Below, in pieces: positions 35,192-45,093 of a DNA stretch of 64,000 nt. Source of the DNA: Clostridia bacterium (GTDB lineage: Bacteria > Bacillota > Clostridia > UMGS1883 > UMGS1540); NCBI GenBank assembly GCA_045533905.1, contig JAZSIR010000001.1:1-64000 (forward strand). The letters are read 5' to 3'. Every line of letters begins with the position of its first letter. The stretch's first letter is position 1. A model generated the notes under the pieces. The model had not been told where the DNA came from and did no database searches. It was given only the letters and a program-made list of their open reading frames with translations. A program made the position numbers and the translations under genes.

Positions 35192-36820
35192 TTATTTCTC
35201 GATTTGCTTTTTTACGAGGCTTTCGCCGCAGTATTTTTCGCGGAGTTTCGGTTTTTCGATTTTGCCGGTGGGGTTGCGCGGTACATCGGCGAAGATGATG
35301 CGGCGCGGTCTTTTATATCGTGGAAGTGCCTGACAAAACGCTTCGATATCTGCTTCCGTGCAGGTGCTGCCGGGCTGCAGTTCGATAATGGCCGCGGCAA
35401 TCTCGCCGAGTCTGTCATCCGGAAGGCCGATAACGCCCACGTCCTTAATCTCGCGGTTTGTGCGGAGAAAATCTTCAATCTGCACAGGGTAGAGGTTTTC
35501 GCCGCCTGTGATGATAACGTCTTTTTTGCGGTCTACGAGGAAAATGAAGCCATCCGCATCTTCCATGGCCATATCGCCTGTGTAGAGCCAGCCGTCGTGC
35601 AGTACCGCATTTGTGGCCACCTCATCGCGATAATAGCATTTCATAACGCCGGGGCCTTTTACTGCAAGTTCCCCCACTTCGCCACGAGAAACGGTGCTTC
35701 CGTTTTCGTCAATAATCTTCGTTTCCCAAAGATGACCGGCAATACCGATGGCGCCCACCTTATGTATATTCTCTACGCCAAGATGTACACAGCCGGGGCC
35801 GATAGATTCGGAAAGCCCGTAATTGGTATCATATGCGTGATTCGGGAAACGCTCACGCCAGCGCTTTATAAGGCTCGGCGGTACCGGCTGTGCGCCGATA
35901 TGCATGAGCCGCCAAGAAGCAAGGTCATATTCTTCTATATTGACATCGCCGCGGTCAATCGCATCGAGAATATCCTGCGCCCACGGCACGAGAAGCCATA
36001 CGATAGATGCCTTTTCCTCGGAAGCGGCTTTTAAAATCCACTCCGGCTTTACGCCGCGAAGAAGCACTGCTTTGCCGCCGACCAGAAAGCTTCCGAACCA
36101 ATGCATCTTCGCGCCGGTATGATACAGCGGCGGAATGCAGAGGAACACATCGTCCTTCGTTTGCCCGTGGTGTTTATTTTCCGTAATGCACGAGGATATG
36201 AGGCTTCTGTGTGCATGCAAAATAGCCTTGGGGAAGCCTGTGGTGCCGGAAGAAAAGTAGATGGCCGCATCGTCCTCTTCCGAAAGCGGTGCATCCGTAA
36301 AGTCTGCACACATTTCGGGGAGGCGCCCGTTATAATCTACGGCAAAATCGGGTGTATCCTCACCCACAAAGATATATTGTTTCACGCCGGGCATATCGCC
36401 CTTGGCCGCGGTTACGCGTTCTGTAAACTCAGGGCCAAAGATCAAAACATCCACCTCAGCAAGACCCGAGCAATAGGAAATTTCATCTGCTGCATAGCGG
36501 AAATTCATAGGCACGGCCAGTGCGCCCGTTTTGAGAATACCAAAATAGATGGGAAGCCACTCGAGGCAGTTCATAAGAAGGATTGCAACCTTATCCCCCT
36601 TCTTGATGCCAAGCGCTGTGAGCATATTGGCAAAGCGGCAGGCGCTTTCGTCAAACTCGCGCCATGTGATTTCGCGGCGCCCTGCATTTTTTGCGGCCGC
36701 TTCCACTAGCTCAAAATCGCGCCAAGCCTGCTTTTCACGCACCTCGGGGCTGATTTCTACAAGCGCCGCACAGCTACCGTACTTCCTTGCATTTTCTCTT
36801 AAAACCTCAGTAATAACCAT
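35192..36820 (-). CDS. Acyl-CoA synthetase / AMP-binding enzyme
   Basis: YFSSGTTGFPK, YGLSE, TGD, DRKKDVIITGGEN, PRNPTGKIEK. Confidence 0.92.
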   Translation of the reverse strand: MVITEVLRENARKYGSCAALVEISPEVREKQAWRDFELVEAAAKNAGRREITWREFDESACRFANMLTALGIKKGDKVAILLMNCLEWLPIYFGILKTGALAVPMNFRYAADEISYCSGLAEVDVLIFGPEFTERVTAAKGDMPGVKQYIFVGEDTPDFAVDYNGRLPEMCADFTDAPLSEEDDAAIYFSSGTTGFPKAILHAHRSLISSCITENKHHGQTKDDVFLCIPPLYHTGAKMHWFGSFLVGGKAVLLRGVKPEWILKAASEEKASIVWLLVPWAQDILDAIDRGDVNIEEYDLASWRLMHIGAQPVPPSLIKRWRERFPNHAYDTNYGLSESIGPGCVHLGVENIHKVGAIGIAGHLWETKIIDENGSTVSRGEVGELAVKGPGVMKCYYRDEVATNAVLHDGWLYTGDMAMEDADGFIFLVDRKKDVIITGGENLYPVQIEDFLRTNREIKDVGVIGLPDDRLGEIAAAIIELQPGSTCTEADIEAFCQALPRYKRPRRIIFADVPRNPTGKIEKPKLREKYCGESLVKKQIEK

Positions 36821-36964
36821 GTATACCGTCCTTCCGTACTGCATAATGTACTATTTATACAGTATACCGCAAAAAAAGGAGTTTGTAAATACCCAAAATT
36901 TCTTTTCGCATACTTTTTCTGTTTGTGCACAAGATAAGAAAAGTATATAAAAAGGAGAACCCCA

Positions 36965-38212
36965 ATGTCTCTCATCCGCATCCGTCCCACGGGGCCGCTT
37001 TCGGGCACTGTGCGCATTGCCGGTGCCAAAAATGCGGCGCTCCCTATCCTTGCCGCAACGCTTTTAGCCTCTTCCCCCTGCACGCTCTATGAAATCCCGC
37101 CGCTCTCCGATGTGTACAATATGCTGGAAATTATCAAAAAACTCGGCGCGGTATGTTTGCCTTCTTCAAAAGGGCTTCACATTGACACGCGCGGCGTGCA
37201 AAACCTCGAAGCCGCCTACACGGATACAAGCCGCCTTCGTGCCTCTTTTCTCATTGCGGGGCCGCTTCTTGCCAAGTACGGCCGCTTCAAAATTGCGCTT
37301 CCCGGCGGCTGTAAAATCGGCACGCGCCCTATCGACCTCCATCTGAAAGGCTTTGCCGCGATGGGCGCGCAGCTTACACATACACACGGCTATATAGAAG
37401 CAGAAGCTGCCCGGCTTCGGGGCGCAAATATATATCTGGACTTCCCGAGTGTTGGGGCAACGGAAAACATCATGCTGGCCGCGTGCCTCGCTGACGGGCA
37501 GACCGTAATTGAAAACGCGGCAGTGGAGCCGGAAATCACCGACCTTGCAACCTTTCTGTCCCGTATGGGTGCAGAGGTGCGCGGTGCCGGCACGGATACT
37601 GTCAAGATATGGGGAAAGCCTTCTCTGCACGCCGCCGAGCACACCATCATTCCCGACAGGATTGAGGCCGGCACCTTTATGGTGGCCGCGGCCATTACGG
37701 GAGGGCGGGTGGAACTTCGAAACATTGTGCCCGAGCATATAAAGCCGCTTTCGGCAAAGCTTCGTGAAATGGGCGTGCGGATTACGGAAAGTGAGACCTC
37801 CGCCCTTATAGAGGCCGGTGCGGAGCTTATACCCACCGATATCAAAACGCTTCCCTTCCCCGGTTTCCCCACGGACATGCAGTCCCAGCTTTGTGCGCTT
37901 ATGAGTGTGGCGCAGGGCACGGGCATTATCACGGAAACGGTTTTTGAAAATCGTTTCATGCACGTAAACGAGCTTCGGCGTATGGGCGCCGACATTACTA
38001 TTGAAGGGCGCGCCGCCATCGTGAAAGGAAGGGCGCATCTTATGGGTACGCGCGTGGCCGCCCCAGACCTTCGTGCCGGTGCGGCGCTTGTGCTTGCGGG
38101 CCTTGTGGCCGACGGCGAAACAGAAATCGAAGGTGCAGAATATATTGCGCGGGGGTACGCGCATTTCCCTGAGAAGCTCCGTGCGCTTGGAGCAGATATG
38201 CAGGCAAGATAA
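36965..38212 (+). CDS. murA: UDP-N-acetylglucosamine 1-carboxyvinyltransferase
   Basis: GAKNAALP, LPGGCKIGTRPIDLH, SVGATEN, PDRIEAGT, FPTDMQ, DLRAG. Confidence 0.97.
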   Translation: MSLIRIRPTGPLSGTVRIAGAKNAALPILAATLLASSPCTLYEIPPLSDVYNMLEIIKKLGAVCLPSSKGLHIDTRGVQNLEAAYTDTSRLRASFLIAGPLLAKYGRFKIALPGGCKIGTRPIDLHLKGFAAMGAQLTHTHGYIEAEAARLRGANIYLDFPSVGATENIMLAACLADGQTVIENAAVEPEITDLATFLSRMGAEVRGAGTDTVKIWGKPSLHAAEHTIIPDRIEAGTFMVAAAITGGRVELRNIVPEHIKPLSAKLREMGVRITESETSALIEAGAELIPTDIKTLPFPGFPTDMQSQLCALMSVAQGTGIITETVFENRFMHVNELRRMGADITIEGRAAIVKGRAHLMGTRVAAPDLRAGAALVLAGLVADGETEIEGAEYIARGYAHFPEKLRALGADMQAR

Positions 38213-38244
38213 AAGAGACATACCAAACGGTATGTCTCTTTTTT
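38212..38244. terminator. Bidirectional terminator
   Basis: AAAAGAGACATACC-AAAC-GGTATGTCTCTTTT. Confidence 0.8.
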
Positions 38245-38731
38245 ACGCGGTTTTATGAAAGTGCTTACAAATTTTTCTTCCAAGCGTTACAAGTGTAATG
38301 CTGAAAAGCGCGCCTGCCGTATCGATGCAGACATCAAAAAATTCACAGCTTCGGCCTTTGACAAAGTTCTGGTGTACCTCATCACTCACCGCATACAAAA
38401 CACAGATGAGAAGTGCCCAAAGCCACACGCCTTTTTTGTTCCGGAAGGAAATGGCGGTGCAGAGGGCAAAAATACCCAGTACAAAATAAAGACAGAAGTG
38501 CGCCGTTTTTCGCACGATGCGCGTCATAAGTGACTGCGTTTTCGGCTTGTTTGTGTCGAGCTTCGGGAATACCTTTTTCACCACCGCTTCCACCTTCTTT
38601 TGTACGGCGCCGCTTACGGCAGATGACTTTTTCGCCGGCTGTGCGGAAAAGAAAAAAATCACGCCCATCCAGAGGCACAAAAGCACGAGGCTCAGTATTC
38701 TTTTAAACACCAGAAGTTCTCCTTTCCACAA
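38243..38731 (-). CDS. VanZ-family membrane protein
   Basis: IFFFSAQ, VRKTAHF..Y, YAVSDEVHQ.FV.GR, DV.ID. Confidence 0.88.
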   Translation of the reverse strand: MWKGELLVFKRILSLVLLCLWMGVIFFFSAQPAKKSSAVSGAVQKKVEAVVKKVFPKLDTNKPKTQSLMTRIVRKTAHFCLYFVLGIFALCTAISFRNKKGVWLWALLICVLYAVSDEVHQNFVKGRSCEFFDVCIDTAGALFSITLVTLGRKICKHFHKTA

Positions 38732-38770
38732 ATGACATTGGCGGGGCGTTTTTGCCCCGCCAAGCCTTTC

Positions 38771-41695
38771 CTAGTAACGGAAAATGATAATTGCCTTTAC
38801 ATTGTAGGAACCTGTGTAGTAGACCAGAATCTGCGATGCAGAATCTGCATTGTTTGTAATTGAATACGGCTGAATGTTGCCCTCAAGGCTTACATCCATC
38901 TGTACCTTCATATCGTCCTTCACGGCCGTATAGTCATACAGGAACACTTTGGCATTCTTGACATTATCAAAGAGGAACTCGTCTACTCTCTGGATACCGC
39001 CTTCGTCCTCTTTGATGGTCGGAACCAGCGACAGGGACATCTGCCCGTTTTCTTCCTTTTCGAAGCCCATCGCCGTGCCGAACAAGAAGCCGCCTGCTGT
39101 CGCAGAATCTAACACTGTATCTACTTTGAAGATTCGTGCCTCTTTTGCGGCTTTTGCCACCTCTTCAAGTTCGCCACGAAGCGGCGTGGAAACCTCAACG
39201 CCATCGCAGTTGAACACGGTTGCTTTCGTTGTGCCAAAATCTATGAGCTGCTGCGTATCGCTGACTTCGCCATCTGCGACTGCATACCGGAACATATCGC
39301 CTTGCTGATACTTACCGCGGAGCATTTCCTCTTTGGTGCTGCGGACATCCACTGCCGAACCGCCGGGGAATGTAAGACCTGAAACCCTATCCATAATTTC
39401 TGCAGTTTCATCGTCACGCACGCTGGAAACCTCTGTTGCAATCATAATGGGCGATTTCGTGTTAATAGCTGCGCTACCCGCAAAAATACCGCCCGAGTAG
39501 GAAATGGCATACTTTGCGATTTTCGTACTGCCGACATTAAACGCTTCCATCTGATATTTCGTATTGCTCGTAAAGGAATTCCGGATGAAATATTTGGAGG
39601 TGTCTGTAACATCCATCGGGATTTCCAGAACCTTGGTGGAAGAGTTTGCAATAAAGGCTACCTTCCCCTGCCCGTTTTCAAAACGGCCACTCGTGGTGTG
39701 CTTCAGTACATTTTCTCCATCCTGCTCTACCGTGTTATCCTGCGGATAGGAAACATCCAGAGAAAGGTCGGAGGAATTCTTCTTATTGAGAATCGTATCA
39801 ATCGTGTCAATCTTTCCTGCAGAAGTTTTACTGTAACGAATCATCTGCGAATACGGCGTGACCATAATGCCGGCTTCCGCTTTTCCCTCGTTGTAAATGG
39901 TGGCCGCATCTTCCAGAGCCTTTAAGGCATCTGCAGGTTCGCGATACAGCTCGCCGTCAATCGTTACAGGGTCAGCAAGTACCATCGTCTGGCGCTTGGT
40001 TGTGCCCGTGATACCGTAGAAGGTAGCATATACGCTTCCGCTTTTGCCGGCTTCCTTATCCGCATCAATGAGAAATGCAAGATACGTTGTACTTTGCGCT
40101 GTGGACACGGTTGCCGCAGCGATTTTGCCTTCCATATCAAGGTATACGGAAACCTGTTCGCCAAGCTTCATTTCCGGCTTTGTGCCCGTATAGCGGGCAT
40201 AGTTATCAGCAATAGCATAATAGGCATTTCCGATTTTTCTTCTGCCGTCTCCGTCGACTTCCGTGATTTTGCCGGTGACTTTTTTCGTGGAAACAACGCC
40301 ATTCCAAATGCCCTTGCCTTCTGCCGTGGGCTTGGAGCGCATAACGCTAATAACATTCCACTGAGAGAGCGAATTAATGATAGCTTCGGGCGTATCGGTG
40401 TTTCCCTGCTTTGTCAGCGAAAAATGTACGCCGGAATTTTTATAAGGGATCTCGAGTGTGCCCGCGTTGTACTTTCCGTACACCTTCGGCGGGTTCATAT
40501 TCTTATCCGCGCTGTTCACTACGAAGTTTTCGTACTCGGTTACGAAGGCTACTTCGGCATCGCCGTCACCATCGTTACAAATAAGTTCCACGATTGCGGA
40601 GCCAAGGTCACCGAAGTCATCCGTATCATACGTAGCATCGTGCTTGCCGTTATAAATAACCTCTACATCTTCAATCCCCATTTTCTGGGCTCGTCCGCCT
40701 TTTTCGGCATAGTAGGTGACGATTCCGTCAGAAACGGTCTCGATCATATCCGATGTGAGCCTTACCTCTTCCGTTTTGGTTATGGTAATCTGGGATATTT
40801 CAAGGGTATCATCCATGCCCGGTTCTACATAAGCACTGATTTTTCTGCCGAGGATGGACATTGTATCATACCCTTCGGGTACATTATAAAGTTTTTCTTC
40901 GCCTTTGACTTCTACCAGAATGCGATCTTTGGCAAGGCTTGTATCCCCGCCGTAAATACCGGTCTGCGGTACGCCCGTAACAATACCGGTGATCTGTTCT
41001 TTGCCTTGGAACTTATCGAGGGCTGTCTGCGAGTCCGAAATAATATTGCCATCGGCATCTGTTTCTATAATTTCAACGCGCAGGCAGTTGTTTGTGAGAA
41101 TCGCAACTGTGCCACGGGAGGCATAGTCCTCCACATTATTGACGGAAGCGTTCTTCAGAATGCCCTGTTCAGCCGCCACGGCCATATAGCCCGAATACCA
41201 CGGGGCGCCCGGTGCCGTGCGGCGTTGTGCCATATCTCCATAACCCAGGGAGCAGACAAGCATCTTTACGATTTCCGTATATCTGACGGGTGCATCCGGT
41301 TGGAATGTGCCGTCGGTATAGCCGTTTACAATCTTCTGGTCTGCCGCAAGCTTAATGTACTTTTTGGCCCAGTGCGCTGCATCGTCCACATCCGGGAATC
41401 CGGAGGGAACTGTATCGAATGCAATGCTCTCCTGCCCGAGGAAAGAAATGATGATTTTGGAAACCTCGCCGCGCGTAATGGTGTTATCCGCGCGGAAGGT
41501 ACCATCCTCGTACCCGTTGATAATGCCGAGCTTGACAAGCTCTGTAACAGCCTTTCCCACCGTGCTGCCGGCATCAATGTCTGTAAGATTTACCGCGCCC
41601 GTCGCCGTTTCTTCCGCAAAAACACCGAGAGGCACAAGCGAAAACAGCATCAAAACGCTCATAAGTGCCGCTAAAATTCTTTTTCGAATCTGCAT
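38771..41695 (-). CDS. S-layer homology (SLH) surface protein
   Basis: Signal peptide; GIINGYEDGTF...ITRGE and IVNGYTDGTF SLH repeats; beta-rich body. Confidence 0.85.
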   Translation of the reverse strand: MQIRKRILAALMSVLMLFSLVPLGVFAEETATGAVNLTDIDAGSTVGKAVTELVKLGIINGYEDGTFRADNTITRGEVSKIIISFLGQESIAFDTVPSGFPDVDDAAHWAKKYIKLAADQKIVNGYTDGTFQPDAPVRYTEIVKMLVCSLGYGDMAQRRTAPGAPWYSGYMAVAAEQGILKNASVNNVEDYASRGTVAILTNNCLRVEIIETDADGNIISDSQTALDKFQGKEQITGIVTGVPQTGIYGGDTSLAKDRILVEVKGEEKLYNVPEGYDTMSILGRKISAYVEPGMDDTLEISQITITKTEEVRLTSDMIETVSDGIVTYYAEKGGRAQKMGIEDVEVIYNGKHDATYDTDDFGDLGSAIVELICNDGDGDAEVAFVTEYENFVVNSADKNMNPPKVYGKYNAGTLEIPYKNSGVHFSLTKQGNTDTPEAIINSLSQWNVISVMRSKPTAEGKGIWNGVVSTKKVTGKITEVDGDGRRKIGNAYYAIADNYARYTGTKPEMKLGEQVSVYLDMEGKIAAATVSTAQSTTYLAFLIDADKEAGKSGSVYATFYGITGTTKRQTMVLADPVTIDGELYREPADALKALEDAATIYNEGKAEAGIMVTPYSQMIRYSKTSAGKIDTIDTILNKKNSSDLSLDVSYPQDNTVEQDGENVLKHTTSGRFENGQGKVAFIANSSTKVLEIPMDVTDTSKYFIRNSFTSNTKYQMEAFNVGSTKIAKYAISYSGGIFAGSAAINTKSPIMIATEVSSVRDDETAEIMDRVSGLTFPGGSAVDVRSTKEEMLRGKYQQGDMFRYAVADGEVSDTQQLIDFGTTKATVFNCDGVEVSTPLRGELEEVAKAAKEARIFKVDTVLDSATAGGFLFGTAMGFEKEENGQMSLSLVPTIKEDEGGIQRVDEFLFDNVKNAKVFLYDYTAVKDDMKVQMDVSLEGNIQPYSITNNADSASQILVYYTGSYNVKAIIIFRY

Positions 41696-41778
41696 AGGAA
41701 GTTCCTCCTTTTCCTGCTTTAAGCGTATTTCTATTGTACCATTTTATCCCCCGAAAAGTCAACAACTATTTCGAAGTA

Positions 41779-42561
41779 TTATTCTTCCACGTTTGCCTTT
41801 TTCCGTGCGCGATAGAGGAATATGCCGCCTATCACAAGGACGAGTGAAAAAACCTGCGAAATGCGGAGATTTCCGAGCCAGAGGCTGTCCGCCCGCAGTC
41901 CTTCAATGAAGAAGCGCCCAATCCCGTAGCCGACCATATAAAGACTTGCGGCGCGCCCTTCGAAGCCACGCTTTTTCCGCGTAAACCACAAAAAGAGGAA
42001 AAGAGCAAGATTCCAAAGGGATTCATACAAAAATGTAGGATGTACCGCTTTGCCGTCTACAAGCATACGCCACGGAAGATTCGTAATTTCGCCGTATGCT
42101 TCGGCGTTGACGAAATTCCCCCATCTGCCGATGCACTGCCCGATAAGGAATCCGTATGCACCGATATCGAGAAATTTCCAGACCGGCAGTTTATGTTTTT
42201 TCGTATAGCAAATGCCTGCAAGTAAGGCCCCGATGACACCGCCGTAAATGGCGATGCCGCCCTCCCATATGTAAAACACAGACAAAAGGTTGTCCTTATA
42301 CTCCGAAAAAGAAAAGAGAACGTAATAAAGGCGGGCGCCCACAATGGCCGCAGGAAGCCCCCACAAAACCATATTATAAAGATGGTCGGGGTCCTCACCG
42401 AGACGCTTTGTTTCTCTTGTCCCGATCAAAAGTGCCGCAATAATGCCGAGCATAATAATAAGCGCATACCAGCGGATGCCCCCGCTTCCAAACGGAAGCG
42501 GTATGGCAATCTCATGTAGTGTGAAGGAAAGGCCGAGGCCCGGGAATGCTATCTTATTCAT
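41779..42561 (-). CDS. lgt: Prolipoprotein diacylglyceryl transferase
   Basis: IRWYA, GARLYYV, GGIAIYGG, GRWGNF.N.E, HPTFLYES. Confidence 0.95.
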   Translation of the reverse strand: MNKIAFPGLGLSFTLHEIAIPLPFGSGGIRWYALIIMLGIIAALLIGTRETKRLGEDPDHLYNMVLWGLPAAIVGARLYYVLFSFSEYKDNLLSVFYIWEGGIAIYGGVIGALLAGICYTKKHKLPVWKFLDIGAYGFLIGQCIGRWGNFVNAEAYGEITNLPWRMLVDGKAVHPTFLYESLWNLALFLFLWFTRKKRGFEGRAASLYMVGYGIGRFFIEGLRADSLWLGNLRISQVFSLVLVIGGIFLYRARKKANVEE

Positions 42562-43825
42562 TTTCTTCCCCTCCCTTTTTCGGTTTTACAACGGAAAGGA
42601 CGCATTTTGAAGCTGCAAGTCCGCCGCCGAGTGCCGCGGTTACATCTGAAAGCGTAAGCGCGCGCAAAACATCAGGGTAAGAGAGAAAATCGCCGCCGCG
42701 AAAGGCCATCGGCACAAAATTGTGCGCAATTTTCTCGGTGCTGTCCATCATACGGATCACGGTGCCCAAAGCGTTCTTTCTTGCTCTTTCAAATTCCGCC
42801 TCTCCGATGCCTTCTCTGCGCACCTTTTCCACGCGGTCTAAAATCCTGTCACGAACAACACGCGGGTTTTCGCTTTCCCCTTCTATTGCCAAAAATGCAT
42901 ACCCGCGCCCTGCGCTATAGCCGCAGGAAACATCTTCGCCGATGAGGCCTTCGCCGTAAAGCTCTTTGAAAAGAGAGGTGCTTTTGCCGAAAAGGATGGA
43001 CCCGAGCACTTCATACACGGCATCTGCAAAAACGGGGTCTTCCATAGGTTTCTCCTTAAAGCATACGGAAAACATCGGGCGCGAAACCATAAATTCGGCT
43101 TCCACTTCCGCTTTTACAATTTCCTCGCCTTCTTCCGGAAGGCTCCACTCAAGAGCTGGCGAGCGTCTTTCTGCCGCCGTCTCCTCTACAACCTTCTGCA
43201 CTTTTTCCGGTTCTACATCACCCGCAACGAATAAAATCATATTTTCGGGTGCATAGAACGCGTTATAGCACTGATACAAAAGTGTTTTATCGATTTTGGC
43301 GATGGATTCCTGATCGCCTGCAATATCAATCCGAATGGGATGGGTGCTGTACATTGCGCGAAGTGCCGAGAAAAAGCAGTTCCACGCCGGATCATCGCGG
43401 TACATATCAATTTCCTGCCCGATGATACCCTTTTCCTTTTCTACATTTTCTTCCGTAAAATACGGATTTTGCACAAACCGAATCAGAACCGAAAGTGCCT
43501 CGTACACATTCGAGGTGGCGGAGAAGAGATATCCCGTCATATCAAACGACGTGTATGCATTGGCAGAGGCGCCAAGTGCCGAGAATTTCTCAAATACATT
43601 CCCCTCTTCCTCTTCAAAGAGCTTATGCTCCAGAAAATGTGCTACACCGTCCGGCACGCGGATTTTTACGCTGTCCGCCGTAAAGGCAGTGTTGACAGAG
43701 CCGAAATCTGCCGCAAAAAGAGCAAAGCTCTTTCCAAATCCTTTTTTGGGAAGCACAAAGACGCGAAGACCGCTTTTATGCTTGAAATCATACAGTGTTT
43801 CACCGATGGAAGGATATGTTTTCAT
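42554..43825 (-). CDS. M16 zinc peptidase (YmfH-like)
   Basis: PDGVAHFLEHKLFE (HXXEH), NAYTS, EKGIIGQEI. Confidence 0.9.
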   Translation of the reverse strand: MKTYPSIGETLYDFKHKSGLRVFVLPKKGFGKSFALFAADFGSVNTAFTADSVKIRVPDGVAHFLEHKLFEEEEGNVFEKFSALGASANAYTSFDMTGYLFSATSNVYEALSVLIRFVQNPYFTEENVEKEKGIIGQEIDMYRDDPAWNCFFSALRAMYSTHPIRIDIAGDQESIAKIDKTLLYQCYNAFYAPENMILFVAGDVEPEKVQKVVEETAAERRSPALEWSLPEEGEEIVKAEVEAEFMVSRPMFSVCFKEKPMEDPVFADAVYEVLGSILFGKSTSLFKELYGEGLIGEDVSCGYSAGRGYAFLAIEGESENPRVVRDRILDRVEKVRREGIGEAEFERARKNALGTVIRMMDSTEKIAHNFVPMAFRGGDFLSYPDVLRALTLSDVTAALGGGLAASKCVLSVVKPKKGGEENE

Positions 43826-45093
43826 ACTTCTTTCCCTCCTTTTCCGTTTAAGAAGTAAACCGTATCCATAAAAATGCGCCCGGCAACTGCCGCAACGTCT
43901 TCCTTTCTGACTGCCAGAATCTTATCAATGACGCGGTCAATTTCTATAATATCACCAAACGGGAGCTGACGGCGGTGGTATCCCATAAGCTGGGAGGGCG
44001 AATCCTTGCAGGCGCGAAGATCCGAGATGGCACCCTGCACCGCGCCCGAAAATTCCGCATCGGTAATATTTCCCTTTCGGATTTCCGCTTCTTCCGCGCG
44101 GATAGCTTCCAGCGCCACGGCGTACTTCGAAAAAGAAATGCCCGACTGCACAAACATAAGCCCCTTGGCGCGTTCAAGCCCCGAGGATGCATAATAGCAA
44201 AGGCTCATCTTCTCGCGCACGTTATTGAAAAGCTTTGAGGCGGTGCCGCCGCCGAACACGCGGTTATACAGCATCAGGGCATACATGTCGTCCGAAGAAG
44301 GGTCCACATCCACACGGTAGCCGATAACGAGTTTTCCCTGGAGAACCGCTTCCTTGTCCTCCACATAGCGGACTTCGTCTGCAGTCTTTCGCAGTGCTCC
44401 CGGGTATTCTGCGCTTCGCGCACCCAGCTTTTCGGCAAGGCGTTCTGCGCCACTGCGAGCCGCCGCTTCCTCAAAATTGCCGGACACAAAAATATCTACG
44501 CGAGCCGAAGAGAGCATCTCGCGGTATATCTGATAAGCGCTTTCAGGGGTGATGCGCGGCAGGTCCTCCTCCCGCCCGTCAGCACGGATAGCATACGGCT
44601 CCCCTTTACACATTTCCTCGGCGCAGCGAACGAGGGCATACCGTCTTTTATCGTTCACAATGCCACGAATATCTTCCAAAAGCGCCTCTTTTTCACGGGT
44701 TAACACTGCCGCATCAAACCCCTCGCCTTCGGTGCGGGGGGAAAGAATGATATCGGAAAGCAGGTTTTGCATCTTTTCAAAAAGCGGTTCGCCTGCATAG
44801 GCATCGGCGATGGAATCGGCTACAAAATACACCGTCTGCATTTCGCCCGATTTTTCTACGCCTGTATGCAGTTTCGTACCGTACAGCTCCTCGAGGTACA
44901 GATGAAGCGCCGACCGATCAGAAAATTTCGAGTTGCCCGCCGTCAGCATTTTCGGCAAAAGTGCAAGCGCGGTTGCCTTTTCTTCTGCGAGCGGCATATG
45001 AAAATAGATGCCGATAACACTGTTTTTGAACTTTTTGTCCGGCAGCATACAAAGCGTTATTCCGTTTTTAAGTGTTCGTTTTTGTATATCCAC
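43822..45093 (-). CDS. M16 peptidase inactive-type partner (YmfF-like)
   Basis: KFK, LEELYG, SKLFNNVREKMSLCYY; lacks HXXEH. Confidence 0.85.
   Translation of the reverse strand: MDIQKRTLKNGITLCMLPDKKFKNSVIGIYFHMPLAEEKATALALLPKMLTAGNSKFSDRSALHLYLEELYGTKLHTGVEKSGEMQTVYFVADSIADAYAGEPLFEKMQNLLSDIILSPRTEGEGFDAAVLTREKEALLEDIRGIVNDKRRYALVRCAEEMCKGEPYAIRADGREEDLPRITPESAYQIYREMLSSARVDIFVSGNFEEAAARSGAERLAEKLGARSAEYPGALRKTADEVRYVEDKEAVLQGKLVIGYRVDVDPSSDDMYALMLYNRVFGGGTASKLFNNVREKMSLCYYASSGLERAKGLMFVQSGISFSKYAVALEAIRAEEAEIRKGNITDAEFSGAVQGAISDLRACKDSPSQLMGYHRRQLPFGDIIEIDRVIDKILAVRKEDVAAVAGRIFMDTVYFLNGKGGKEV

Noticed and set aside
35165-36709. Long plus-strand ORFs (289 aa, 202 aa) opposite the acyl-CoA ligase
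   Set aside because: Antisense shadows of a well-supported gene; no RBS or recognisable motifs
37166-38283. 351-aa and 297-aa minus-strand ORFs over murA
   Set aside because: Antisense shadows typical of GC-richer coding DNA
40094-41674. 526-aa plus-strand ORF opposite the SLH gene
   Set aside because: Shadow frame with implausible composition
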